49,960 bases of DNA, filler included, from Catajapyx aquilonaris (GCA_000934665.2; 3 parts of 3 records of this genome joined end to end with filler, not necessarily neighbours in it), one strand, 5' to 3'; positions 34,452 through 47,431 are shown, counted from the whole stretch's first letter. Program-made: numbers and translations. Notes: generated by a model from the sequence alone, not told the origin.

Positions 34452-36211
34452 ATGGACGCCGAAGAAGGAGAGCTAAGCGATTCATCTGCTGAGGAAACAG
34501 CGGCTGGCGATGCATATGAAGAGGTATCACTCTTGCAATCAGCACCATCAGATTCTTTAACATTTATTCTATACAATGCATAGGCTTAATGCTATGCCAG
34601 GATTATATGTTCCCGAAAAATCCGGTTTTAGAACATCAGAACAATGGAGCTCATCCTTAGTTTCAATTAATTAAATTAATTAATTTCCAGTTTGAGTACA
34701 ATCTGCAACCACGGCCTGACACTAAGGGATTCACCGGACCGTTCCGAGCCGCACCGCAGCCGGTTCACTACAGCGATTCCTATGAGCGTCCGTCTGAATC
34801 CGATTAATCGGACACGACAGACACCGACTCGGAGTCCGGTATTCCGCATAACATCCAGAAGCGGCATCGAAAGCCGCAGCAACCGGTTGCGACTCCAAAG
34901 AATGACGAGTTCAGTACGATGGCGGCCGAGTTCCAGCAGACACGCAAGAAAAACAACGTCTGGAGCAGCATCATACAGGAACAGGTGTTGTCGGAGAAAA
35001 TGACCGGCATCGGCGTTGGGAAGTCGAGGAGGAGGGGCGGACGGGATGTGGAGGACTACGATTACAAGTTGGCACACTCGCGGGATAACAGCGACGATGG
35101 TAAGACGTCATGTTAAATTTGAGTGTACAAATATGTGACGAGCACATCCAAACAGATGACGAGGAAAGAATGGCTGAGTTGAAGGGCGATGCCAGATCCT
35201 GTAAGGACGATAAGATGGAAGATGACGAGAGGCCGACAAGTGCGAAAGGTTTCGGCCAATTCCGTGGCTGCAAACGAGCCAACTGGCAGCGAAAGGCTAT
35301 CATAGGCAGACAACAAAAGGCAGACAACAAAAGGCAGACACACTTATGAGTGTTATGACCATTCAGGACCTGAAGGTGACGTCGGACGACACTCCCGACA
35401 ACATCGCGATGGACATTGCGAACAAACTGTTCGAACCGAAATCCGATCTAATCAGTAAGTTACATATTGAAAGCTTGAAACAGGATTACTAATAAATTAC
35501 ATAACGATTTCTGTATAGAACGAGTGGTCGACATTCTGGGTAAGCAAACAGCAATGAACCTGTACAAGGACACGAAAGATATCGAAGATGCCGGCGGAAT
35601 TATGGTTATGGTAAGTACTGCTTCTGTACAGATGATAATGCGATTAACATTTGCTTCTTTAATAGAATGGAACCAGGCGCCGGTCACCGGGCGGCACATA
35701 TCTTCATCTGGTTAAAACGAATCCAGATCTATGTAAGGATTCAGTTCAGAAAGTGTTTGCGGATGAGGTGCGGCATACAGGAGCCTTCCGAAGGAAGAGT
35801 CAAGCGTACAGGAGGAGGCAGAAGGAAAACAAGATGGTGAGGGAGCATCGGAACGAAGAGCCGCAGAATTATTTACAACCCCCAAAGGACACCCGTAAAT
35901 ATTTATGTCACAGTATGTTGGCTCTCACGTAATTAATGGCAATGTTTTAATCCGCAGTTCCACATGTGCCGACTAGAGAGGAGCTGTTCCTGAGTGAAGT
36001 GCTGGAGTCACGGAAGTTCCCAGTTCCCGACAGCGAAGGAGAAATCCAGTCAGATGAGGATAACCTTGTGAACAAGTGCGAAGAAGTTGCAGTTCCAAGC
36101 GTAGAAACCAAGAAACTGAACAACACGCCCGAGAACTCTGATGACCTAGAGGAACATCAGAGTGAAGAAGAGGATGTTCTAGAAATTACATATACCGACA
36201 ACCTCTTCTAA
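34452..36211 (+). pseudogene. PHAX: Phosphorylated adaptor for RNA export (PHAX), 6 exons, with a nonsense codon and a frameshift
   Basis: Exons 34452-34523, 34691-35099, 35156-35454, 35519-35610, 35666-35894, 35958-36211, all GT-AG with consistent phases; motifs EEGELSDS, KKNNVWSSIIQEQ, RDVEDYDY, DIANKLFEPKSDLIKRVVDILG, GGIMVMNGTRRRSPGG; TAA at 34805; 14-bp duplication at 35305-35332. Confidence 0.9.
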
Positions 36212-37635
36212 AGCTTTGGTCTAATGTACCGTTGAGCAAATAGCTAGAGTGTAAGCGATGCAAAATTGCATGTACCCTTCATTTGTGTTATCATATAACA
36301 TTAAGTATTAATTCTTAAATCTACTTAATAATCTACTTAAATCTTCAAGTATTAATTCTTTTAAAGTAACTAAGTGACCCACTTTTTGTTTTGTACTTTT
36401 GCTCATCTTTTTTTAATGCAATGTTTTTTTTCGTAACATGCCAAGATTTTTTAGTGTTGCTTTTTTATATTTTTAAATTTTTCTTACCCCAGTGTGCTTT
36501 ACAGACCCTTTATAGCCCAGGCATTATATGCAAATTTTAAGGCAAACCTTGAAATAAATAAGGTAGTTTTGATTTTTGGCACAAATGTACCTTGGTACCA
36601 TAGGAGCTACCTCCCAAAAGTTCCCGCCTCTGAGGCGTCGGCCTCATAGTTTTTTTGAGCAAAAAGTGCGTAAGTCACAAAATCACAGAAATACCTCCCT
36701 TACGCTCAAAATATCCGTCGCAATGCCCTCCAATGGTGCCAAAATGGCCAGGGAGGAACTGGGTGTGAATTAAAAATATCATAATTGACATGAAGTGAAC
36801 TTATAAATAAATAAATCCCATTTATACTCGCAACTCACAGTAGGTAGGATTTTATTATGAAAAGAAAAAAATGGGGGAAAAACTAAACCCATTCTACAGA
36901 CTTGGTCCAATCGAAAAAGACCCTCTAAAATTCACCAATTAACGTTTACATGTGAAAAATTAAACGTAGAGTTAAAATCAGCATCTAAAAGAGGTGGCGA
37001 TTCTGCATGAATGTTTCATGGCAATAATTCGCACTAATCGCATAGAAACTCAATGTGCTTAATATTGAAGTTCCTAATTTCATAAAACACTAATATGGAG
37101 TGGCTCATGGAAAATTAATGGGTGGAATTTTCGTCGTACTACTATTACTATTAACTATAGGTCTGTAGTTACGGCTAACTTAGCAGTACCATTGCACTAC
37201 ACTGGTACTGCTAGGTTAGAAGTAACTAGTAGTACGACAGAAATTCCACAAATTTGTTTTCAGAAAGGAGATTTCATTAGTAAATTGGTAGCCTAATTGC
37301 TTGAGTAAGACCTATATGGTACAGCTTAAATCAATTGGTGAAGGTCTTACGTGCGCCTGCCTTGTTTCAGTACCTTCATTCCGCCGCGGAGGTCTTACTT
37401 CTCTTTTTTTTACTGAAGGGAAAGTTTTTGATCCAATAGTATAGGGAATGGAACAAACGGTCAAACTCATTTCTAACACTGGTTCCATTGTTATTTCCGA
37501 GCATTTCCTGTCTATATGAGTTCGTTATACCCAGCCATGCTCACAAACAAACCCAGTGCAGTCTATAAAATTGGAAGCCCGTCATGTAGTATTTTGCCGA
37601 AGGGCAGGGAGGCAGCCCAGCCGTCTCCGGAAGCC

Positions 37636-38800
37636 TCAAACCTGCTTTGTCTTCACCTTGTGGTTGCATGCCAGCATGCGAGTTAATTCACTCCCTCTTT
37701 TTGTCACAGTGAAAATCTCGCACATGTGGAAATCCGCTTCCCACCGACGTTGCGTTTCTTGGCCTGAGAAACTCATCAAGTAGGATGGTAGTGCTAGTGC
37801 GGCACTGTCCATGACGGGAACAGATGGAGGGGGTAAGGTTCTGGCTCGTCTATCCAGATAAGATGCTCCTCCAGGTTCGTTGCCGGGAGGACGGGGCATG
37901 AAACCGGTGTTTGTCAGCGCGCCGGCATCAGGATCATGATGAGGATCATCGTCGGGATCATCAGGTTCGTTGCTGGGCGGACGGGACGTGAAGACGGTCT
38001 TCGTCAGAGTCTGGGCATCAGGATCATCATGGGGTTCCTTGGAATCCTTCTCCCCCCATGCCCTGAAGACAATTATTGTCGTCACATCCAGGACACTGTT
38101 GCACTCGAGAAATGGAAGACTCTTCTCCTGCAAGAAATCCATCCATCTGTGCAGCACTTGGTAACCCTTGTCCTCTTCCCATATTGCAGCCAGGCGTCTG
38201 CACAGGTTGGAGAGCTGGTCGGGGGAAATTATTAGATTTCAGTACGAACTCGTGGCAGCACGCATATACTCACCTGGTACTCGTTGAGCCAGCAACACTG
38301 TAGTTCAAATAGGGGTGGTTCGTGCGACGGATAAGAGAGAGGTAGCTGGAACTTGAGAGTGATTGGTGGCAGGTGCGAGATTTTGTCCACCGCATATTCA
38401 TCTGGAAGTCCAAGTCACAGATTAGTCTGAAACCCTTAAGTGGTGTCACGTCATGGATCTGAGCAATGTAATTTGTGACACCGCGCCGGTTAGGCATATA
38501 ATCTCTGATCCATGTGATTAAATTTAGAATTCCATTTAAACTGACTGATTAGAAACGTGGGCATTCGATGATGCTGGTTAAGGGTTACAGATATTTGCAA
38601 GCACCTGTCAGCCTACTTCGCTTCCACTTCAACTCGACGGTGGTACCGTCCAGCTGGGGCGTTGCGTGAATGATGCTAATGAACAGCGCTCCAACTGGGT
38701 CTCTCTGCACCTGGACTACAGTTTTGCCAAAGATGCTATCCAACACCATTAGCTCTTCGGCTTGTAGACCTTTGTTGCTTGTCAAAGGAGGGTCAGCGAC
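37636..38800 (-). pseudogene. RNF14: RNF14-like gene (RWD domain), truncated in a degenerate RING1; start exon not found
   Basis: Exons 38800-38605, 38401-38274, 38214-37636, phases 0/1/0; QAEELMVLDSIF, HLPPITLKFQLPLSYPSHEPPLFELQCCWL, LSNLCRRLAAIWEE...VLHRWMDFLQE match the RNF14 RWD; CEIFTVTKRGSELTRMLACNH is a damaged RING1 start followed by a stop. Confidence 0.8.
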
Positions 38801-39343
38801 CTGAGAATGCAAAGGAGTTGGTCAATGATTTCGCAAGGGTTTTTTTTGCTTCTGGGACACTACTATACGCATACACAGTACAACACTTATGCACTGTTCT
38901 CCCATATTCACAACCACAGTCACTTTAACCGCACCACTCTGATCTAAACTCAGTTTCCAAATACCAGTGAAGGAATGTGGTGATGCATTAAAGGGAAAGA
39001 GTATAAAAAGTAGAAGAGGGCAGCACATGCCTTTTGTTCCCTCTAAATTGACTAATCAACTAGCAGGCCAGGGCAAATGTTGACTTCATGGAAGGTGCTG
39101 TTTTTCTTCTTCATAAGCACATTCTTAAAATATGTGACATCACTTTCTTTTACCCCAGCTGTTTAAGAAATGGATGGATCTCCTGATAGTATACTTACAC
39201 ATGGAACAATGCATTTCTTATGTGACAACAATTTGGGAAATTTGGACAACAATGGCATAATTTCCATTATACAACATATTTTTAGCTAGCTAGCTGCTCT
39301 AGTTTCGAAAGAAAGGTCCAAGGCGGGAGGGAGTATGTTGTGT

Positions 39344-39506
39344 ACAGTTGGTTAAAGGAGTATGTTACCAGACCAGACCTAGAAATTAGCCTCCAACAGA
39401 GGTGCTGCCTAGGGGAGTGCGAGTTATTGCATCAGGGGGAAGCAGCACCTCTGTTGGAGGCAAATTTCTAGGTCTGGTCTGGTAACATACTCTTTTAACC
39501 GACTGT
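39344..39506. mobile_element. Short palindromic MITE with TA flanks
   Basis: TA|CAGTTGGTTAAAGGAGTATGTTACCAGACCAGACCTAGAAATT... inverted at 39442-39506. Confidence 0.8.
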
Positions 39507-41692
39507 ACATGGTCAGGAATATTGTTTGCACTGATAAATCAGCCACAATGTGCAGCGATATTGAGCAAATTGCCATAAGATTATCTAGCAACTTTAGGTC
39601 CACTTGATTGGGAAAACTGCTATATTTGAGGATTTTTTGGCTTTTGAAACTGGGCCCCAAGGTCAAAAGCGAATCGAAGACTAAACGAATGGTCATTATG
39701 AGCTATGAGTGACCTACGGAACGTGGAAATTGCGACAGATTTTCATGGACAAATATCGTGTTTTATATATAAAACACGATATTTGTCCATGAAAATCTCA
39801 TATGCACTCAACGTGGGGCAACCAACTGATTCAATTCTTGCCTGGAGGTGACTTCCCAGGTGAGTGCTGCGGCATTGTTGACCTCCCTCGGCTCCAACAA
39901 CAAGTCAGAAGTTAGAAGCTGCCCAAAAGTGCAATGATTAAAAAGTGATCCGGGTGATATGATCCAGATTATGAGACACACGTTGCTTTCTATACTAGGG
40001 GGGCTAGGAGGCGAGACGTAAAATGATGCCTGTCCGTGATTATCATACAGGCGCGACAAAATAAGTCGAACCCTGGGGCTTAGGGCTACGGCTAAGGGGC
40101 CACTTTCACCGAGCTTGGCTTGGAGGTTGGTATATGATAAAAAATAGGCAGTAAAACTGCAGAAAACTATTCTTCCTCTGGGTGAGATTAAAAGTAAGAA
40201 ACAAGTCCATAGGTGGGGGTTGGTTCGTGTCATAGGGATGTGTGATAATTAAATTTAATTCAAAACATTCGTGCTTTGGGGCTGGGAAGAATTAGGCAGA
40301 GTATGAGAGTCGGAGAAGTACATACATAAAAGCGATATCTGCCTAATTCTTCCCAGTGATTGTCACAGATCACATGCGACATGCTAGTAGCCAAATGGAA
40401 AAGCTGCTATTTTCACCCGTGATACGATTTCGGGGCCGAAGGTTTCCATACCTCCCGCCAGGATACTTCGTACCAATTTGTACTTGTACTTTGAAGGCAA
40501 TTATCTCAGTAATGAGGCTGCCCAGACATAATGACTCCTCAGCATAACATGATCCTCTGGTGTCAATGGAGCCACGGGTACAGGTCTGACTGGTCGGTTC
40601 ACAAACACCCTGTATACTTCTTCACATATACCACGCCTGTGCACAGACCATGCACTGTGGTATGTAGAGTACTATTGACCGCAAAAGTAATGTCGCGACT
40701 GTTTATGTGCTTTTGTGTTTATGTGTTGGTAATCCTGGGCGCTGCCAGGTTACGGACATGTTGATTTGGCGATGTTCCGGAATCCACAAGACCCTGCTCA
40801 CCGGTCACGGCCGCGGTCCCTTGGTCGCACAGTCCCGCAAGTGGCCGCACGGTCTGGGTCGCTGTTTGAGAGCGCCGCTACTATTCGTGCAACTTATTTC
40901 TAGTTTGGGTAAAATTCCATGTGAGATCATACAACGATGTTCACCCGACTTTTTTATTTTTATTTTTAAATATTTTAGAAAATCGAAATTTGGCACTTAG
41001 GATCACATTTTGTCAAGGTCTTAGGGACATATTTTTCAAACCAGATAACCGCTATCCGCTATAGGTCACGAGAAATGACGAGGTCAAAAATGGGAACTTT
41101 TCCATTCTGATGTTTACAATAACGCGATAATTTCTCTAATTATGCGTCCCACATGCATGCAAAATGGGGCTTTAAATTCTATACAAGGTAACGCCGAACC
41201 CGCAGATAACCTTTTTCTACGATTAAAATTACGTGCCATTTTGGGAGATCATAGTATATCCCCTTCAGTAGTGCAAGTTTCATTTTGGCCCTCGTATTAG
41301 GGTCCGAGATATCAAATACAGTAAATAAGGAGGCGTGACGACCCTCACCGAGTCGAATTTTACGAAGATTTTTATGAGTAATCTGCTACTCATACCCTTT
41401 CAGTGGTATGCATTTCCATTGTTGTGTTCGTATTAGGTTCCGAGATATAAAATAAATAAGGTGGCCCGGTGCGTCTCTGTCATTCTATGACAAGCCAGCC
41501 AAGTTGGTGGCTCGGCCATCTCAGAAGGTATTGTTGTATCCCCATTATATGATTATTGATTATATTATTGATTATATGATAGTAACTAATCAAAATAATG
41601 CTTATTGATCCCTTTTCTTCGCTGAAGGAACCCCAATCGCCTTTTGATAGATCTCGGGGACTCGGAGGACTGATTCGGTAATGACTAATAAG

Positions 41693-42430
41693 TAGAGTCC
41701 GAATTTTTAGACAAGAAAAAAACCCGAAATAGGCACGAAAAAACCAGAAATAGGCAGAAAATTTTTACTTTTCCGGGAGTATGGACGATAATGCTACAGA
41801 ATTTTTTTAAAAAAAAAGCTAGAATAATTTTATAGGCCTAAAGTGTAAATATAAGGTCACAAACAGACCAAAAACCGAATAACAACGATAAACGGACAGG
41901 CAGCACGAAACTTGGGCCAGAGACACAACGTACTGTACAAGAAATTAAGTATCACTTGTTCTTTGACTCTACCCCTTATAACCAGTTTTCACTTGCACAA
42001 TAATATTAATATGCTGCCAAATACTTTTCTAAATTTTCCTTTGTTTCGAACAATCAGAGGAAAATTTATAAAAATATTTGGCATTCGCGTCACGGAACCA
42101 CGATTATTCGTATTACTTCTGAACGATTTTGGACCTTTCAGGAGCACAAAAAAAACTCCGCAAAAAAAACCCAAACATGCCTCTGAAGAAATAAGTCCTA
42201 ATAGGCCGAAAAAGTCCCGAAATTGCTTCAAAAAGTTCAAAAACTATCCCAAAAAAGGCCAAATAGGTATGCAAAGTCCCAAAAAGCCAGAATAGGCAAA
42301 ATAGTTCCCAAAACCACGAAATAAGCCATTTTAGGCACTATGAAACCTATATACGTTTTCCACATCCTGTACTTATTAAATGTGGATAGATCTCTTCACA
42401 AACGGCATTTGCCTAAAAATCCGGACTCTA
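41693..42430. mobile_element. MITE with TAGAGTCCG termini and A-rich subterminal repeats (hAT-like)
   Basis: TAGAGTCCGAATTTTTAGACAA versus TTGCCTAAAAATCCGGACTCTA; repeated GAAATAGGC motifs; no clear TSD. Confidence 0.6.
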
Positions 42431-42800
42431 GTAGTTAGTAAATATAGTAATTTATTGATTATTCCTGTACAGTTTGAGTTATTAGTAAAAGACACTCTGA
42501 AAATGTGCACTGATAAGCTATAAGTTATAGTTTCAAAACCAAATCTTTTTTCGGAGAATCAAGCATTAAAATATTCTTGCTAATACGGATTTATGACCTG
42601 CATCTTCAAAATATTTATATTGAGTACCAATAAAATGCGACATACAAACCGGAATATTGTTGACCATGTGTACCTTACTTTTCAAGATTTTTATTTACGG
42701 TCATAGTTGGTGTTACACAATCATCCTTCGAAGTCATCTCCCATTGACGTGAAAGTAGATCTAGGCCTGACAAAAGATGTTTTTCTCATCAGTGATAATG

Positions 42801-44850
42801 TCATCCCTTTCGCAGATTTATAGCAGCAAATAATGTCTTATTTATAGCGCAATGGACGCTGATATTATTGTGTGGATAGTCGGAGCAAACCGTCACACCT
42901 GGACTCGCCTGCACTAGATATGGATGGACCAAGCTCCACAGCTTCTTGTTCACCACAGCAGCAACAGACCAACAGTACTGGTCCAAGAGGTCCGATATCT
43001 TCGTGTATACCTGCCAGTGACATATGTACTATAAGTCTATAACAGCAAGAATGAACAATAACTTAAAATATTGCGGCGAATATTACCTGATCATATTGGT
43101 GACTATGCGTCTAACTGTCCTTTTTTGTTTCCGAAGAAGACAGTTTCAATGCATAGGCCTATATCTCTATGATCAAACTCGTCTACTATAGTAGACGAGT
43201 TTGATCAGAGATATATGGCTGTACAACTCAGCCTGAGTGTGTCGCTGACGGCCAGCAAAGAGGTGAGGATGAGGTTCATGAAGACCAGGACGATGAAGAA
43301 GAAGAGATTGGCAGTCTTGAAGTCCAAGTCGTCCAAGTCATCTTCAGAGCCTATTGAGGACAGCTGAATATACGTTTGACACCTCCTATTTTCCTTCGTC
43401 GTCTGGGTCGAAAAATTTGAATTGCATGTATCAGGTAATGACAAACCCGACCAGGACTTAATATAATATTTTAAAGACGAGTAATACTCTTGTAAATATA
43501 TGCAAAGGACAGTGGGGAACATTGGCGGGTTCTTGATGGCCATCACAGGGAGACGATCGATCAGGAGCACGAACTTCATCCAGGAGAAGAAGATGAAGAC
43601 TGATGTCATTTGGTGTACCCTATAAGAAGGGAAGAAGAAGAAGAATGGTGCCCAGCACCATTTGTTCTCCCATCCAACAAATTGAGCCAACTCACGGAGC
43701 AGGACAAACCAGGTCAGGCTGCATGACATGGTTCACGACCGACATCGAGCTGATCACAATGCCAAGCAAGGTAGTGCTTTGTGTTATCGCTGTTTTTCTG
43801 ATCTTCATCCATGTTTCCGAAATAATATTGGCAACTTTCAGCGCGTATAGGACCAGGAAGTCGAAAACAGGGCATATAAAACCAGCCTTAAATTTAAATA
43901 GAAGAATAAGGAAATGCGACTACGCTTTCGTATATCGAGAGACCTCGCACATTTACCTATTCTCCTAGGCGTATATTTACTGATAGAAAGATCTGCTGAA
44001 GGATGTGCGTGAATGCGTCGGGAAGGAAGGATAGGTCATGGGTTAGGTGGGTGCAGCATGACCCTATTCCTGCCACATGCGGTCTCCCATTACGAAAGTC
44101 CTTTCGGGAAATGCACTCTTGTACTTAAAATGAAGATACGAGGCCAATACAGGGTGTTTCAGGAGGTTCCTCTTCGTTTCAGAATTCACAAAGTACTCTA
44201 TACTCTGGCGGTGCTTGCTGAAGGTCTGAACAGTTCGTAATCGACGACCACGTTTTGTCCCTGCTCGTCGTCCTGGTACACGCAGCCGTCCAGGTGGCCT
44301 CGTGCATGGCGTCGATCGGCGTCTGTCCGTCTCTGTCCTCTTCACAGGGGTCAGCACCGCAGGACATCATCTCCATTACGCGACGGTGCTTCTGGCCCTG
44401 TCGTTGGCGGCCAGATGCAGAAGAGTCTGGCCCTCGGAGTTCTTGTCGTTGATGAAGAAGGGGTACCGGTACTCTCCCCGAGACGCTTCGTCTTGCTCAG
44501 AACTGTCTGATTGCACATGTCGTAATCCTGGTTCCACGACGGGCTGAGGTTGACATGGCCGAAGGGGCTGAACTCCTGGTGTCTGCTGGAGAGACTTTGG
44601 GACACATGAAGGGCGTTGCCTCTGTCGTGCGTGGGTGTCGACGTGCAGCCGGATGTTCTTCCGACGCAGAAGGGCGTCCATCACCACGAAGCGGGCATGA
44701 GCAGAGGAGGTGCCGGGCAACTGTCGCACATGGCGTTGGGATCTGCACCTTGAAGCAGCAAGGCCTCTACAAGGACGAAGACAATCCCAACCCGCAGGAG
44801 AGTTGGAGAAGTGTGTACCGTTCATCGTCGTCGTTTATGTCGTCGTAAGA
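42801..44850 (-). pseudogene. Degenerate TRPA-family channel (painless/pyrexia/water witch-like)
   Basis: Ankyrin INDKNSEGQTLLHLAA and GADPCEEDRDGQTP; linker LLKHPVLASYLHFKY; LLRELAQF; FFSWMKFVLLIDRLP; S6 LVFMNLILTSLLAVSDT (family signature NLLxGLAVSD); pieces are in different frames with stops. Confidence 0.75.
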
Positions 44851-46549
44851 AGGAAAGTGGTTCAAAATCATCTCTTCTCTTTCACTGTTTCACAGCGTAT
44901 GAATAAGATCTGAAGAGGCTAACCTTTCGCCTATGGCCTCCCTATAGTAGCGTCTATCTGTGTGTTGCAAAAGAATGCTCACAGTCTTATTGCACTTTCT
45001 AGATGCAGCAATGCTGATTGGCCTCGCCCTTCCATGACTTTGCGTTGACCAGTACCCTTTTATGAGGATAGGATGACCTCCAGTGTTTCTCCGTCGAATG
45101 GCTCTGACCCATTGGTAGTTATTAGCTTATTCCCAGAACAGCAAAGTGCAACTGCGTGAGTCCGTCCATGTACTGACACTGTTGAAGCCATGAGCATGAC
45201 ACATTGCCAAGGTCAGGTTGGGTCAGTGGTGCAGAGCACATGGGCAGAAATCCAGGGAAGCACTGCAGGTCAATGCCGATTATGATTATATTTCAAGTGT
45301 GAGACTTTTTGTCTCTTTTTTTTCATACAGGAGGACAATACGTGCCTCAAAGCAGTCATTTCCACAGCCTGAAAGAGATGCAGAAGCTGATACTGATGAT
45401 CAGCAGATGGATGAAGAATGCCAAGACAAAGTTCAAACATCTGAGGTATTGTGCCATTTATTCAGCTCAGTTCTGCAAAGTTTCATTCTACACAGGTGAT
45501 CATATGATCCATAATTGATATCAGTGAAGTAAATCTATACTTTATTTCAAAATGAGTACAGAACATAGATATTAATTTTCATCATTATGTGACCAAGCAT
45601 TTAGTAAATTATCCCACATAGTGAGTTACCATGAGTTAATTATACCAAGAGTCCAACCATCCCACGCTGCGCTGTCTGTAATTCCAGTCACCATCCCGTC
45701 TGGACGAGGTACACTAACTTGAATGTCAGGCTTTGGGTTCCTGATAAATGCACAGAAGATCTTGGTAGTTTGAACTCCTGATGCTGAGATCCTTCTGCTC
45801 TGGTTCTAATGTCACCTGGTGAGAAGGTAATCCCAATTCCTGAGGTCTCAGAGGCTGCACTTGCCAGCAAGGGAAACACATCTATTGATGATCCACCTCC
45901 CCCAGCACAGATTACGCTGCTGTCCTATTGACAGGTAAAGAGGGCCAACTCCTGTTGAATGGCAGCAGTTGTTGGGACACCTCAGGATGCATCCCTATAC
46001 TTGCTCCTGCTGTTGCTCCTGATCCATAGAGGTGTTAGATTCCAGCCCATACCATTTGCTGCTGGACCAGATCCACCGTCATATGCCACGCATCAGAAGC
46101 AGAACATGCAGAAAACTTGTTGTGTTGGCTCATGGTTTGCTCAAAGCAGCCACAAACAGCAGCAACTCCAGTGTTCTAATAAGGTCTACTTGTACGATTC
46201 GAAACTGGGCCCAGTATCTGTGCTTTAAATGGGCGTGACCAACTCACTCTTCACCCATTGACGAACTTCCTGAACATATTATTTTGCAGTCTGCACCCTT
46301 TCGAACAGCATCCCCAATGGCGAGTTTCAACATTATTGCAATTTTCTTGTTTGCATTTGATCGTACAATACTCTCACTCTGAATTATTGTACCGCAAAAA
46401 CCGCACTGAAAATAACTCAAACAAGCTACGATTTTAATAGCAACTATAGCGCACACGTAGCCAAAATTTGGCAAAACCTGCAATGAGGAAGACAATGGGA
46501 ATGAAAAAATGGAATGAGAGGGTTCGCGGAGTGACAACTAAGATACAGC

Positions 46550-47045
46550 GTAGTGTAGCTCGTCGTAAGACGGGGTTGAAATATTAAGTGGCATTGAATC
46601 AATCGACATACTGTATACCTCTTGAATCGGACATGAGAAAAGTATATTCATAAAACCTCGCGATACACAACATTGTGTGTAAACAGTCTGTTGTTGAAGA
46701 GCAATGTTCCGTGATCAGCAGTAGGAGTAGTGAACACTTTGACCTGACTTGGGTTGCGAGACCGGGACAGTGCCACATACAGCTGGCCATGTGAGAAGAC
46801 AGGTTCATCCAGGTAAATGCCCTTGTGCTCAAAAGTATGGCCCTGCGACTTGTTGAATGTCATGACATACTATAGGCAGGGATATGATAGGAAACTGGCG
46901 GCGTTTCAGAACAAACGGCATATTGATGTCACTGGGAGCTAAGGTAATTCGGGGCAAGAAAACGACATGACCATACGATTGCATTCCGACACTATTTCGG
47001 CAGCAATGAAATTAGCGTGGAGCCCAGTGATCAATAAGCGACTGG
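46550..47045 (-). mobile_element. Helitron 3' fragment (PIF1-family helicase C-terminus)
   Basis: PRITLAPSDINMPFVLKRRQFP and MTFNKSQGHTF...VFSHGQLYVALSR...NVVYREVL*; imperfect terminal hairpin CCCCGTCTTACGACGAGC followed by TACACTAC. Confidence 0.88.
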
Positions 47046-47130
47046 CGCCTCCAGAAAATGCATAGCTTCGTCGGGAATGGATTGGGTTAGAGCAGCCCAC
47101 GGACACTACCCCTATCTTCTGGGCTTATCA

Positions 47131-47431
47131 CCTGCCGAGGGATTATGCACCGGGTGCTCACTTGAGACCGCCACGAGACATTTCCCGGAGCTATCATGTG
47201 GCGACCCTACCGGACTAAGGCTGAACTTTACAGGTATGAAAGGGAAGCGCTACATGCTGGCCCAACATGGCCGCCGGCGGCCATGTTGGGCCCCCCAATG
47301 TAGCCCTCCCGAGCCCTCCCCTTTCGTACCTATAAAGTTCAGCCTATAGTCCGGTAGGGTCGCCACATGATAGCTCTGGGAAATGTCTCGTGGCTGTCTC
47401 AAGTGAGCACCCGGTGCATAATCCCTCGGCA
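47131..47431. mobile_element. Palindromic MITE (~300 bp)
   Basis: CTGCCGAGGGATTATGCACCGGGTGCTCACTTGAGAC... inverted as ...GTCTCAAGTGAGCACCCGGTGCATAATCCCTCGGCAG; central perfect GCCCAACATGGCCGCCGGCGGCCATGTTGGGC. Confidence 0.85.

Noticed and set aside
45150..46540. Exon-like or transposase-like fragments
   Set aside because: Short acidic and Cys-containing stretches with no family I can identify and no consistent splice chain.
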